64,000 nt of DNA, from the IMG/VR virus record IMGVR_UViG_3300043446_001534, positions 3,989 through 67,988 of that record. The stretch is one strand, 5' to 3'. The position numbers and the translations under genes are program-made. The DNA is from a virus. The notes beneath the pieces were generated by a model, which made no database searches, was not told where the DNA came from, and saw only the letters and a program-made list of their open reading frames with translations. Position 1 is the first letter of the stretch; every line of letters begins with the position of its first letter. Below are positions 9,989-20,857 of this stretch, in pieces.

Positions 9989-12315
9989 TGCCTACAAATC
10001 TAGTCTTTAACCCTACATTCTCGGTAAATACCGATGGCTGGGCAGCAACTAACTCTGCCACCATATCTCGTATCACGACCGATACCTACTTTGGTAGGGG
10101 TGCTCTACAAGTAACCCGTAGCTCGACCCAGTCGTGCGGTGCTTCTACTACTGCCCTATTTGATGTGTCATACGGCACGACCTATACAGCTTCTGCTTAT
10201 GTTAAAGTGCCTGCTGGTAAAGCTAACATTGTTGCTGACATAGTTATAAACTATTACAACTCTTCAAAAGTATTTGTAGCTAGCACTAGTGCAGGGGACA
10301 TTACAGTATCAAGCTCTAATGGCTGGACTAGGCTGTTTTTAAACTTTACCGTTGCTTCGTCTTCAGTTGCTTATGCAGCTGTAGCAATTCAAGACAATAC
10401 GGCATCTCCAGTATCTGGTGACACTTTCTTAGTTGATGCCGTTATGGTGTCTACTGGACCGCTCCTGACCCCATTTATCGAGCCAGAGCAGCCTCAGGAA
10501 GTTAAAAACCAGGCTGTAAATATTGCTTTAACTAAACTGCCTCAGCCTCATCTGACTGGTATGAAGTTGAAGGGGGACGTTAGAATCAACGGTCTTACCT
10601 TAAACTCTATCGATGAGAACGACATCGTCTGGGTCTGTCGAGAAATTGAGGGTTGGTGGAATCTATCCAGCGTAGAGAGTCCAGACATAGCTCGTGGTTT
10701 AGATGACGGCTCCTACAATGTTCGAGGTAGACGTACTGCTAGAAGCATTACTTTAGAGGGCTCTATCTTGGTTCCAGACCCTTCTTGGACTGCAATTGCA
10801 AGAAAGAAACTTTTGGAAACAGCCAATCTTGTATACGAAGGTGGATGGCTATATGTCGATGAGTCCCCCACTAAAGCTGCCTATGTTCGCTTAATTGGAC
10901 AGCCAACCATAAATAATGTAAATGCTAGAGGTCGAATAGACTTCAGCATACCGCTACGTGCTGGTGACCCGATAAAGTACACTTGGAATGAAAATCATTT
11001 AGAAGGTTTTACGGTAGTTGGATTAACTAATCTTTTAAGTGTTCCTGGATTTGAAAACTCTACTACTGGATGGTCAGTGCAAAATGGTACTGCCGCTACT
11101 AGTACTGCTGATAAATACGAGGGCTCTTATTCGTTACTGGCCACGGCTAATGGCTCTGGGACTTTTGGCCCTAGGCGAGCTTCTAGTTCATACTACCCGT
11201 CTATTATTCCTGGAGAAACTTATACTTTCTCTATCTACGCAAAAGACATCAACACAGCTGGAACCTATACTGCCAGAATTGGATGGCTAGATAGTGCTAA
11301 TACTCAGCTGCAGACTTCTATTGGTCAGCCAATTGCAATATCTTCTTCTAGCTGGACAAGATACACAGTTACCGCAATAGCTCCAAAAGATGCAGTTAAG
11401 GCTATTGTTTACTGCTACAGTGCAGCTACGCCGACGAATGGTACTCAAGCGTACTTTGATGCAGCCTACTTTCACTTAGGAACATCTGCACTAACTTACA
11501 CATCAAACAATGTTTCTAACTTGGCTATAAACAACTCTGGAAATTCTAACGTTGCTGTAGTTTATAAAATGACCGGGCCTATAACTGCACCGGCGTACAT
11601 TAGGTCAACATCTGGAAACACGACTCAAACTATCACGGTTAATACAAACTTACGTGATACCACTACAACAGCATCTATTGATGCAAGCGAGTTCTCGGCT
11701 GGAGTAGCAACTATTACCACCACCACTACTCACAGTTTCTTAGTTGGTGACCTAATTACTGTAGATGCATCTAACAACTACTATGATGCAGCGACGGCCG
11801 TAAAAGTTACAGCTGTCACTGATACTTCGATAAGCTATGCAAATCCGATTGCAAACATTACTAGTATCACGCACTCTTCTAACCGGGCAGATGTGATTAC
11901 AGATGCTGCTCACGGATTGAGTGCCGGAGACACATTCTATATCGGTGGGTCTAGCAACCCTATCTTTGATGGGGCATATACTGTTCTAGCATCTCCGACT
12001 CCCACTTCAACTACATTTTCTTATACTAAAACTACGTCTAATCAGACCACTGGATATGGTGGTCAGATGTCTCGTCAAATTGCATACAGTTCAGGGACAA
12101 CCGGAACTGTTACGCTCGCTCAAACTGACACCCTAGAAATTGACACCTACAACAAAACGGTGCTTTATCGCGGGCTGCCAGACAGCTCTAGGTCAACTCT
12201 TGCGGTAAATGTTGACTGGATTCAACTACAACCTGGAGATAATAACCACACCGTATCTGTAACTGGCGGTACTGGAAATACCTACATCAAATACCGTTCC
12301 GGCTGGATAGGCTAA
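9988..12315 (+). CDS. Distal tail protein (evolved Dit) with two CBM4/9-like domains
   Basis: Follows the TMP. Has NLVFNPTF..W and NLLSVPGFE..W carbohydrate-binding-like domains and a C-terminal WIQLQPGDN..YRSGW. Confidence 0.7.
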   Translation: MPTNLVFNPTFSVNTDGWAATNSATISRITTDTYFGRGALQVTRSSTQSCGASTTALFDVSYGTTYTASAYVKVPAGKANIVADIVINYYNSSKVFVASTSAGDITVSSSNGWTRLFLNFTVASSSVAYAAVAIQDNTASPVSGDTFLVDAVMVSTGPLLTPFIEPEQPQEVKNQAVNIALTKLPQPHLTGMKLKGDVRINGLTLNSIDENDIVWVCREIEGWWNLSSVESPDIARGLDDGSYNVRGRRTARSITLEGSILVPDPSWTAIARKKLLETANLVYEGGWLYVDESPTKAAYVRLIGQPTINNVNARGRIDFSIPLRAGDPIKYTWNENHLEGFTVVGLTNLLSVPGFENSTTGWSVQNGTAATSTADKYEGSYSLLATANGSGTFGPRRASSSYYPSIIPGETYTFSIYAKDINTAGTYTARIGWLDSANTQLQTSIGQPIAISSSSWTRYTVTAIAPKDAVKAIVYCYSAATPTNGTQAYFDAAYFHLGTSALTYTSNNVSNLAINNSGNSNVAVVYKMTGPITAPAYIRSTSGNTTQTITVNTNLRDTTTTASIDASEFSAGVATITTTTTHSFLVGDLITVDASNNYYDAATAVKVTAVTDTSISYANPIANITSITHSSNRADVITDAAHGLSAGDTFYIGGSSNPIFDGAYTVLASPTPTSTTFSYTKTTSNQTTGYGGQMSRQIAYSSGTTGTVTLAQTDTLEIDTYNKTVLYRGLPDSSRSTLAVNVDWIQLQPGDNNHTVSVTGGTGNTYIKYRSGWIG

Positions 12316-12351
12316 AATAGTCTTATAAAGACGACCGACGTGAGGATGTAA

Positions 12352-15300
12352 ATGCCAGATAGTCTGCAACCAGTAGATAACGTGCTAGGAGCACGCTATC
12401 GCTACTATACTGTCAACATCGTTACCAATACCGTTATTGGTGAAATTCCTTTTGAAGATGTAAGCTACGAGCGTTCAGTAAAAGCTCCTGGAGCGTTTGA
12501 TGGAAAGATTACAATTTCTGACCAAACTTCTAATTTAGACCTGTATAACGCTACACTTCCTGGAAAAACTGCACTTTACGTTGTAAGAAATGATGAGGCA
12601 GTTTGGGGTGGCATAATTTGGGGACGCACTTATGACCTCAAAGGCAGAAGTCTTGCTGTTTCAGCTAGCGAATTTACTAGCTATCTAAGCCACAGAATTA
12701 TCTGGAAGACCTACTCTCACGACTGCTCCGCTAAGCTGACTAAAGCCACTTCTAGCAGCTACGTGCTTGTTACTATTCAAGATAAAGTTTTGAAAGCTGC
12801 TCCAGCTATTACCGATAATGCTGGCAATCCAAACTATGTAACTATTACATTTAGTGATAATGCTTACAGAAAGTATAGCGGTAGCTACAAGATTGTTGGG
12901 AAATCATCATCTCCGGCTGCTCCAGCTAATCCTGGTAGAGCTGCTTTTTATGTGGACATACCAGCCCTGCCTAAAAAGTCTGTTGGAGTATATGACGGGG
13001 TGGGGGTAACCTTAAAGGCCGATACATATGAATTCCTGAGAGACATAATCACATCTACCTTCTCCGACTTTACTGACATAGAGTTTCCAAACGCCATCAT
13101 AGAGCCTGGTATTAAAATTCCTTATGAACTTGATACTAAACAACTCACTATTACTGATGACTCTAATGGTGTTGCAACTATAACCACCAAAAGCGAGCAT
13201 GACTTAACTGCAGGTCAGAGAATTGAAATTGTAAACGTTGACCCGATGTTAGATGGGTTTCACACTATCTCGGCAACTCCAACTAAGTACAGCTTCCAAT
13301 ATGTTCTTACTAATCCAATCAGCAGACATGATAATGTCTCCAGAGTTTACCTAGATAGTTCTTTATCTACTCCTGTCTCGCTGAGTGCTAGCGTGGACAT
13401 GGTAAAAGTTAGACAGGTAGTAGAATACCTTCCTCAGTATGTAAATTATGTCCAGCGAGTTTCTGGTGTCATAACTGCCACGTTTAATTCAGTGCACACT
13501 TTTAAAAAAGGCGATAAAGTTATTGTTAACTTTGAAAAAAATGGCGTAACTGAAAAACTGGAAGAAGTAAAGACTAAAAACACTGATGGTACAACTACTA
13601 CCAAAAAAGAAAAAGTCAACACTTTTGATTTTAAAAAGTATAACGACACTGTTACTGTAACCTCGGCTACCGCCAACGCTATTACATTTCTAGACCCGGA
13701 CCCGGACCACGTATCGCCTGGGTACGATACAAAAGGAAATGTAAGTCCATCTAAAAACTCTATAAAAAATGCGGCCCCGCTTCCATTGCTACTTCTATAT
13801 CCGCAAAACTCTTCTGGATACAATATGGGAGACGATATTAGAGTTGATGGGGTAGATGACGCTGGATGGCAGTACCCTGTATATGATGGTTACCATAAAG
13901 TCTACGAGGTAAGCCCGGGTAAGACTTACTCGATTACTAAATACAAAGCTGAGTCTGATTGGCTAACTGAAGATACAGATGATGTTGATGATAAGAGAGT
14001 CATTGCTTATGTGTATTGCACTACCGACCCCGGCATAGAAGCTGGCGACGAGTTTGTTGTGTCTGGCATCACTGGAACAACTGCGTTAAATGGTACATAT
14101 ACTGCGCTATTAGACTCGTTCCTTGACCCCACTTACAGTCTTTATGCAGTTCCTTACATTAAGCAAATATCTGCGGTTTCTATAACTACTCAGGCATCGG
14201 GTGCCTCTTTGGTTAAAAACGGTGAGACTTGGATTGCTTATCAACCAGGCACCAGTGAACTTAGATACAGTTTAAAAAATGAACCTGATGCCGATTCCGG
14301 AATATCAAAGTTTGAGTATACAGCTGCTAAAGGCGACAAAAAGAACGTTGTACAAATCACAACAAAGTCTAGACATGGCTTAAAAATTGGCGATACTGTA
14401 AAAATTGTCTACGGTCAGTCAGATAAAAATGTCGACCAAGAAACCTACGGTGGTACAGTAAAAGTCACTGCGGTTCAAGATTACGATACTTTTTCTTACA
14501 CTCTTATAAAAGGTAAGCATAAAAAAGATGCCCCTAAAAAGGATGTAGAACTTACCGATAAGAGTGGAACCGTAACAAGGCTAAGACATGGAATATTGAA
14601 TCCTGAAATAGTTCAAGAAGAAATAGATTCTGTCAGAACCGAGATTACTGCCGCAGGTGCTACTCAAGTTACTGTCTATGCTCCGGGTCACAACTTTAAA
14701 AAGGGAGATTACATATCTGTATCGGTAAATGACTCAAACTATAAAGGCATTAATACCGAAGCTACTCCTAAAAAAATTACTTCTGCGGCTGGCAACTATT
14801 TCAGGTATATTTCTGGGTCTCCGGTGGTTGAGGGTCAGACTTCTAGTCTTTCTCAGATTATCTATAGTAAAGACGGAAGCACTGTAAAGTATAAAGCTTC
14901 TAAGTTTGCAGCGGCCTACACAGCTGCGACTAGAACGGCAACTCTTTTAGAGCCTAATAAAACTACCGGATTTGTTACGTTTACTACTTCTGTAAGCCAC
15001 GGATTTGTAGTCGGTCAGAAAGTAACTGTTGCTGGTTTTGTGGCACCTACAGCATCAAGTTCTACAACTACAACTAGAAATCATACAATTTCTAGCGTCA
15101 CTTATGATGCTAATACAAAGACTGCAATTGTTAGATTTACATCCGCTCACAGCTTGCGTCCTCTTGTCGATGTTGGTGCTTCATTTACTGTAGCCGGTGC
15201 AAACAAAACAGCAGTTTGGCCTTCAGGAACCACAACTTTTCCATTTGTCGATATTTCTTGGTTAAATGCTACGCATACAATTGTCGACATACCAGACACC

Positions 15301-17352
15301 ACTTCTATTGCTATAAAGTACTTAGGTTTAACTGGCAACTGGGTTGTCTTTAGCGGAGCATCTGGTGTAGGTAGCCCTACTACAGTACAAACAGTAACCG
15401 TTACTCAAAATGTCTATGACCCACAAGATTTGACTGCTTTTAATATGACTGCAGAGGTCGCCTCTGTGCCTAGCGTAACTAAGATAGCTTTAAAGTACCC
15501 TGACTCTTCTGACTCTGCCTTAGGCTCGTCTATAAGCCTGACCGGTCTAGGGATTACAATTCAAGGATTTGCCTCTAATGCCACTACCGCTGAACAATTA
15601 GAAGCTGGCGACTTTATCTACATATCCGGGCTTACTGATTCTGGAGAAAACTACTACTCTAAGCTAAATGGCGATGGATTTAAAGTAAAGTCAATAGCTG
15701 CCATATCTGGAGACACTACTAACGTCTACGTGACAATAGCTAATCCAGTTCGTGCTGATGGTAAGTATATTAAGTACGCTGATAAAACTAGCGGTGTTCC
15801 TAGCACTGCCAAAATGTATCGAGGCTACGATGTAGACGGCACTGCTTATTTGTCTCCTGCTGCTTTAGAGTCAGGTGACACAAAGAACAACTACATTTTG
15901 ACAAATGTAGCTAGAAGTTCTGGTTCAAACACGGCCACTATCACTATCGGAACGCACGACTTAACAGTCGGTGATTACATAAACGTTGAAGTGTTTGCTT
16001 CAAATCAAGCCGCCTTTAGCCAAAATAGTAGAGACTGTAAAATAACATCGATTACAGATACTACTATTTCATATACCATGAAAGCAAATAACGACATCGA
16101 GTATGTGTCGTGGAGAGCCGGAAGAGCTACTCTTTATTTCAAAAATAGTACAGCCGGAGCTCACAATTATGTGGTTGGTGATGTTATTACTGTTTCAAGC
16201 CTGCCAGCTCCATTTACTGGATATAACGGAACTGGAAAGACTATTGTAGCCACTGGACCATTTAGCATTACTTATACATACAGCGGCCCCACTAAGAAGG
16301 TTGCAAAGACTGCTGTAACTGCTGGTTCCATAACTAGGACAACAAGTCAAAGCGTAAATAAAGCTGTTTATGGAATCGTTACTAGAGTACCTGCTATCTA
16401 TAAAAAACCAATAGCGTACGCTAGAACATACGGAGAGTTTCCTACCAACGCAAACATTGGTGGTTTAACATTTTCCACCAACAATTACAGCACCAAGAAT
16501 CAAGGAACAAGTCCTATCTACGGTAGCGAATTAAAAACCGTATCTGAAATTCTAGACCAGTATTCAAACAGTTTGACTGGATTTGACTATCGAATTGATG
16601 TTTCTCTATCGACCGACCAGAACGGTAATAAGTCTTTTAGCAGGCAGTTTGTGCTAATTCCTACATATCCAGAAAGTCTAACTAACTATCTAGCATCTTT
16701 GCCTGGAGGTAAGTTGGCAAAGGGTCAAGTTGCTAGACCTAGTGCTTTTGGCGCAGATAAATTAGTATTTGAGTATCCCGGGAATATCTCTAACGTAAGT
16801 ATGGCTGAAAAAGCAGAAAATTCAGCTACTCGTGTATTTGTAACTGGGAGCAGCAGTAAAGCTGGAGATGGTACAGAAACTCCTTATGCAGCAGCGGCTG
16901 ACAATAGTTTGCTTGCTGATAATTGGCCACTACTTGATAAAAAAGAAACTGTAACATGGCCGGCTCAGGGCAATAATAGTGCATCAAGTACTAGTAAAAC
17001 AAGCAATACCTATACTGATGAGTGGGGTAATCACGACGATGAGACAGACTACTATGCCAGTGCAAAACGGTTCCTTGCTGAAACTAAGCCTCCGGCTGGT
17101 GACTTTGTAATTACAGTAAACGGTTCGCTTACTCCTGTGGTAGGGTCGTACAACCCTGGCGAGTGGTGCAGTATAATTATTAATGATAACTTTGTTAAAA
17201 CTCGCTTAAACAGCGTGCTTGAGCCACGAAAAGACGTAATTGTGAGAAAAATTGACGCAATTAAGGTAGACGTGCCTAATAATCCGGCATTCCCTGAGAA
17301 CATCAACCTCACCTTAGTTGCTGATTGGCAGGTGGACTCCGTTGGCAAGTAG
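12352..17352 (+). CDS. Minor tail/baseplate hub protein (ReqiPepy6 Gp37-like) with a very large repeat insertion
   Basis: N-terminus GKTALYVVRNDEAVWGGIIWGRTY..ASEFTSYL and C-terminus GFDYRID..VFEYPGNI; about 11 HxL/F-x-GD beta-units lie between them. Confidence 0.7.
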   Translation: MPDSLQPVDNVLGARYRYYTVNIVTNTVIGEIPFEDVSYERSVKAPGAFDGKITISDQTSNLDLYNATLPGKTALYVVRNDEAVWGGIIWGRTYDLKGRSLAVSASEFTSYLSHRIIWKTYSHDCSAKLTKATSSSYVLVTIQDKVLKAAPAITDNAGNPNYVTITFSDNAYRKYSGSYKIVGKSSSPAAPANPGRAAFYVDIPALPKKSVGVYDGVGVTLKADTYEFLRDIITSTFSDFTDIEFPNAIIEPGIKIPYELDTKQLTITDDSNGVATITTKSEHDLTAGQRIEIVNVDPMLDGFHTISATPTKYSFQYVLTNPISRHDNVSRVYLDSSLSTPVSLSASVDMVKVRQVVEYLPQYVNYVQRVSGVITATFNSVHTFKKGDKVIVNFEKNGVTEKLEEVKTKNTDGTTTTKKEKVNTFDFKKYNDTVTVTSATANAITFLDPDPDHVSPGYDTKGNVSPSKNSIKNAAPLPLLLLYPQNSSGYNMGDDIRVDGVDDAGWQYPVYDGYHKVYEVSPGKTYSITKYKAESDWLTEDTDDVDDKRVIAYVYCTTDPGIEAGDEFVVSGITGTTALNGTYTALLDSFLDPTYSLYAVPYIKQISAVSITTQASGASLVKNGETWIAYQPGTSELRYSLKNEPDADSGISKFEYTAAKGDKKNVVQITTKSRHGLKIGDTVKIVYGQSDKNVDQETYGGTVKVTAVQDYDTFSYTLIKGKHKKDAPKKDVELTDKSGTVTRLRHGILNPEIVQEEIDSVRTEITAAGATQVTVYAPGHNFKKGDYISVSVNDSNYKGINTEATPKKITSAAGNYFRYISGSPVVEGQTSSLSQIIYSKDGSTVKYKASKFAAAYTAATRTATLLEPNKTTGFVTFTTSVSHGFVVGQKVTVAGFVAPTASSSTTTTRNHTISSVTYDANTKTAIVRFTSAHSLRPLVDVGASFTVAGANKTAVWPSGTTTFPFVDISWLNATHTIVDIPDTTSIAIKYLGLTGNWVVFSGASGVGSPTTVQTVTVTQNVYDPQDLTAFNMTAEVASVPSVTKIALKYPDSSDSALGSSISLTGLGITIQGFASNATTAEQLEAGDFIYISGLTDSGENYYSKLNGDGFKVKSIAAISGDTTNVYVTIANPVRADGKYIKYADKTSGVPSTAKMYRGYDVDGTAYLSPAALESGDTKNNYILTNVARSSGSNTATITIGTHDLTVGDYINVEVFASNQAAFSQNSRDCKITSITDTTISYTMKANNDIEYVSWRAGRATLYFKNSTAGAHNYVVGDVITVSSLPAPFTGYNGTGKTIVATGPFSITYTYSGPTKKVAKTAVTAGSITRTTSQSVNKAVYGIVTRVPAIYKKPIAYARTYGEFPTNANIGGLTFSTNNYSTKNQGTSPIYGSELKTVSEILDQYSNSLTGFDYRIDVSLSTDQNGNKSFSRQFVLIPTYPESLTNYLASLPGGKLAKGQVARPSAFGADKLVFEYPGNISNVSMAEKAENSATRVFVTGSSSKAGDGTETPYAAAADNSLLADNWPLLDKKETVTWPAQGNNSASSTSKTSNTYTDEWGNHDDETDYYASAKRFLAETKPPAGDFVITVNGSLTPVVGSYNPGEWCSIIINDNFVKTRLNSVLEPRKDVIVRKIDAIKVDVPNNPAFPENINLTLVADWQVDSVGK

Positions 17353-20300
17353 AAGAATGCAAAGAACTAAAAGCTTTAGTTCTTACATTAACTCCATAAA
17401 CCAAGACGTAAACCTTGCAAAAGGTAAAAGCGACATTACTAGCCTTAGTGCTGGTGCGATTACTGGTAATACTTTTTCCGAAGACGTTGTCTTGTTTGGA
17501 AGTGCAATCAAGAGTAGCGATTATGTTGGAGGCGAGTCAGGCTGGATAATTGATGGAACTGGTGTAGCCGAGTTTGCAGATGTCTACGTACGTGGAGATA
17601 TCAACGCTCAGACCGGGACCATTGGTTATTGGAACATAAGCTCTCCAGGAGTTGTACGCCGTATTGGCCCGTCCACCCTATTTGGTACTTTTCTAGAAAG
17701 CGAAGACGTCGGAGCAAATGACGACTCTAAGACTTCTGGTGTATATGTAGGTCTATTTAAGTCTTACTTTGAAGATGCTGTTCCTCTAATAAATAGAAGA
17801 AGACTGTCAAATATTGCCACTTTGACTATTCAGGGTAACACTTTTGTTGCAGGGGATAGAGTGATTGTTGATGTAGTAGACGACTCTACTTACAACAACG
17901 GCGGGCTTCCGGTTACTGTAATTTCTGCGACTGGCGATTCTATTAGCTACATAAACAATGGCTCTGATTATCCAGCCTCTGGCAGTGAGCCCACTACTGA
18001 TACCACTTCTACTGGAACTGTAACGTTCTATAATCCAGATGTTGCTGGTCTTTACATAAAAGACTACGGAAAAGCAGATATAGATTATGGTTACTTTTCT
18101 AGTGAAGGGCTGGCTTTTGTTAGTGGTAGCAGAATTAACTTAGTTCACAACCCTAGCTTTGAGTTCATCCGCTCCGTAGACGTAACTGCTATATCTGGAA
18201 GCGGTAGTACCGTAACCTATACTGCAAGTAATAACTTTATAGCTAATGAAACTGTAACCATTCAGGGAGCAGAAACTGCTGGATATAACTTAACTGGAGC
18301 AACGATTGCTAGTGCAAGTTCTACTCAGTTTACTGTTAGCAACTCTGCCACTGGAGCAACATCCACTGCTACTGCACTTTCTAGAGTTTCTAATGCTGCA
18401 AGCTGGAACTATGTTGCTGCAACCACTTCTGTTGTTAGTTTGAAACAGTTTAGTACGCTAACTAACAAATATTTGACATCAAGCACTCATGGTGCAATTG
18501 TTTCATGGTCAAATACAATGTCGAGTAGTTATACGGTTGACGGAGTGATTGAGTACTCAAAGGGTGTGGAGTACAATCTATTCTCTAATGAAAGAACTTT
18601 AATCCTCGGATACGAGTCATTCTTAGATTACAAACCATTTGAAGCTGTTCCTAGTGCCGTATCAGCCACTACAACTACAATTACTTTTACCACCACTGGT
18701 GCTCATGGTCTATCAACCAATGATTTAGTGTACCTAGACTTTGTTACAACTGGCGACAGTGGTCTTTATGGACCTGGCGAATGGTCTCTTGGAAATGGAT
18801 TCTATACTGTTACTGGCTCAACTACAAATACTACGTTTACCATAGCTAATCCAGATACCGGAAATGATTTAACTAGTGCTGGCACTTTCTCGGCTCCTGA
18901 AGGTAGTACTAGAGCCGTAAAGATGTATCATTGCATATATCCTGGAATTGACTTAAGTACTATTAAGTTTAAGTTTAGTAACTCTACCTCTACCGCTATT
19001 GCAAACGTAGTTAGCGATATTACAACTGCCAGCTGGGCAACAAATAATAACAAGTATTTATATCTAACTCCAGAAGAGTGGACTGTAGCCTACGCTAGTG
19101 GCACCTACATTAAATCTTTAAAACCAAAATCTGGTGACCCTATCTACATTGATGCCAATAAGCTTAGGCTCGAGTATGCTCGACTAGATTCTTCGGGGTT
19201 TGATGCAGAGTCAGATATTACAATATCTCTTCCGGCTGCAATCCATGACCAGCCAAGGACCGGAAGCTATAACACAAGTAATATTGCTTATATGAGCTCC
19301 ACTGTTAGGGCTACTGCTATTTCTGGAAACGGAACTACTGTAACTGTAACTGCAACTAATAACTTTTCGGCCGGAGATTTAGTTACAATCACTGGAGCTA
19401 CAACTACTGCTTACAATAATATTATAAATCTACCAGTTGTTACTGCTAGTTCCACCTCGTTTACTGTGTCTAGTTCAGCTACTGGTACTACATCCACATG
19501 TACTGCAACTGCTCGCAGGGTTGTTTCTCAATTAATTGACTCGGTCTCACTATCTACCGAGCCGGTAGCGTTTTATGGAAATTCCTCGACCGACTATACG
19601 TGGGAAGATACAACACTAAATACACCTGCTCAGATTTCTATTCAAGATAGCAAAAAGTGGGTTGACATTGATTTGGCTACTCAGAGCGGTTATGTGTCTA
19701 ACTTGGATTACGTTGGTTTAAAACAATCCAGACTCAATGTCCCCATGCTGTCTCAGCCTCTGATTGAGGCCGATGCTGACTATAGTAGCGATATTGGAAC
19801 CAACTTTGCTCCAGATTATGAGTATGAAAATCTCAAACTGAGTAGCGGTATTGTCTCTTTCCTAGATAGCTCCACTTATAAGAACTATGAATCTAAAGTA
19901 AACTTAGCCACTTCTAAAACTAAAGCTGTTGCTCAAGTTCTTGCTTCGCTTACTGACAATCCGGGAAGCACGTATACTGCAGGAATAACTTTGTCTACAG
20001 ATGCGACAGGTTTTACAAGTATGGCAGTAAGCAGTAATAGGACATCATTCTCGGGAACCATTTTAGCTAATACAACCGCAGTTAGCTTCACTACTACCGG
20101 CACTGCTACTGGGGTTTGGGTGAGCAGTGCCAAATATGTAGCTGTCTCTAGGTCTTCAGGAATCCCTCTTTATGTAAAAAGAGTTACAACCAGCGGAACA
20201 TTAGTGTCTTTTGTTGGAATAACATCTTCTGCAAATACTGCTCCTAGCACAGTTGGAACTATCTCGCTAGATGGGGCAGGAGTTGTTAGCTATAACAACT

Positions 20301-20722
20301 TTATGGGCTCGCACTACTCTGAAACTGAAGAAGATAATTTACTAAAGGGTACCATTATGGAAACACTTAATGACCTAGTAGAAGATGCTTATTCCGGTCA
20401 AAATCGTCTTCCTAAAGTTAAAATTTCTAATGTAGCTGGTAGTTCTAGAGTGTACGGTGTCTATCTTGGAGTTGAAAAGAATGAAGCCGAGCAGGATAGA
20501 GGCCACCTAATATCGGCAATCGGGGCAAGTTGGATTAGAATTGCTAGTGGTGTCTTAGTTAAGGCCGGTGACCTCATTGAGTCTAACGGAGATGGATGCG
20601 GCAGAGTTCAAGGCGACGATGTGATTCGCTCTTCTACCGTTGGTAAAGTTACTTCAAACTCTATTGTTGAGACTTACCCGGATGGTTCTTACCTTGTACC
20701 GTGCGTACTGTATTGTGGGTAG
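17342..20722 (+). CDS. Tail fibre/receptor-binding protein with C-terminal autoproteolytic-chaperone-like (Peptidase G2-like) domain
   Basis: Likely TTG start at 17342 (MASRRMQR). N-terminal GW.IDGTGVAEF motif, S/T-rich body, C-terminal GDLIESNGDG.GRVQGDD.IRSSTVGKVT..YPDGSYLVPCVLYCG. Confidence 0.6.
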   Translation: MASRRMQRTKSFSSYINSINQDVNLAKGKSDITSLSAGAITGNTFSEDVVLFGSAIKSSDYVGGESGWIIDGTGVAEFADVYVRGDINAQTGTIGYWNISSPGVVRRIGPSTLFGTFLESEDVGANDDSKTSGVYVGLFKSYFEDAVPLINRRRLSNIATLTIQGNTFVAGDRVIVDVVDDSTYNNGGLPVTVISATGDSISYINNGSDYPASGSEPTTDTTSTGTVTFYNPDVAGLYIKDYGKADIDYGYFSSEGLAFVSGSRINLVHNPSFEFIRSVDVTAISGSGSTVTYTASNNFIANETVTIQGAETAGYNLTGATIASASSTQFTVSNSATGATSTATALSRVSNAASWNYVAATTSVVSLKQFSTLTNKYLTSSTHGAIVSWSNTMSSSYTVDGVIEYSKGVEYNLFSNERTLILGYESFLDYKPFEAVPSAVSATTTTITFTTTGAHGLSTNDLVYLDFVTTGDSGLYGPGEWSLGNGFYTVTGSTTNTTFTIANPDTGNDLTSAGTFSAPEGSTRAVKMYHCIYPGIDLSTIKFKFSNSTSTAIANVVSDITTASWATNNNKYLYLTPEEWTVAYASGTYIKSLKPKSGDPIYIDANKLRLEYARLDSSGFDAESDITISLPAAIHDQPRTGSYNTSNIAYMSSTVRATAISGNGTTVTVTATNNFSAGDLVTITGATTTAYNNIINLPVVTASSTSFTVSSSATGTTSTCTATARRVVSQLIDSVSLSTEPVAFYGNSSTDYTWEDTTLNTPAQISIQDSKKWVDIDLATQSGYVSNLDYVGLKQSRLNVPMLSQPLIEADADYSSDIGTNFAPDYEYENLKLSSGIVSFLDSSTYKNYESKVNLATSKTKAVAQVLASLTDNPGSTYTAGITLSTDATGFTSMAVSSNRTSFSGTILANTTAVSFTTTGTATGVWVSSAKYVAVSRSSGIPLYVKRVTTSGTLVSFVGITSSANTAPSTVGTISLDGAGVVSYNNFMGSHYSETEEDNLLKGTIMETLNDLVEDAYSGQNRLPKVKISNVAGSSRVYGVYLGVEKNEAEQDRGHLISAIGASWIRIASGVLVKAGDLIESNGDGCGRVQGDDVIRSSTVGKVTSNSIVETYPDGSYLVPCVLYCG

Positions 20723-20725
20723 TAT

Positions 20726-20857
20726 ATGTTGATTATTGTTGAATCTTTAGATGCTGATGGTAACCAGGTGTACCTAGTTATTAATAAAGTTACAAAAAAG
20801 ACTGTTCAAACTTTTGATAATTATGAATCAGCTCGTCTTTACCTACTCGGAAAGTGA
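20726..20857 (+). CDS. Small 43-aa protein not in the ORF track (MLIIVESLDADGNQVYLVINK...)
   Basis: ATG 3 nt after the fibre stop; fills the gap to the convergent whiB. Confidence 0.5.
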   Translation: MLIIVESLDADGNQVYLVINKVTKKTVQTFDNYESARLYLLGK

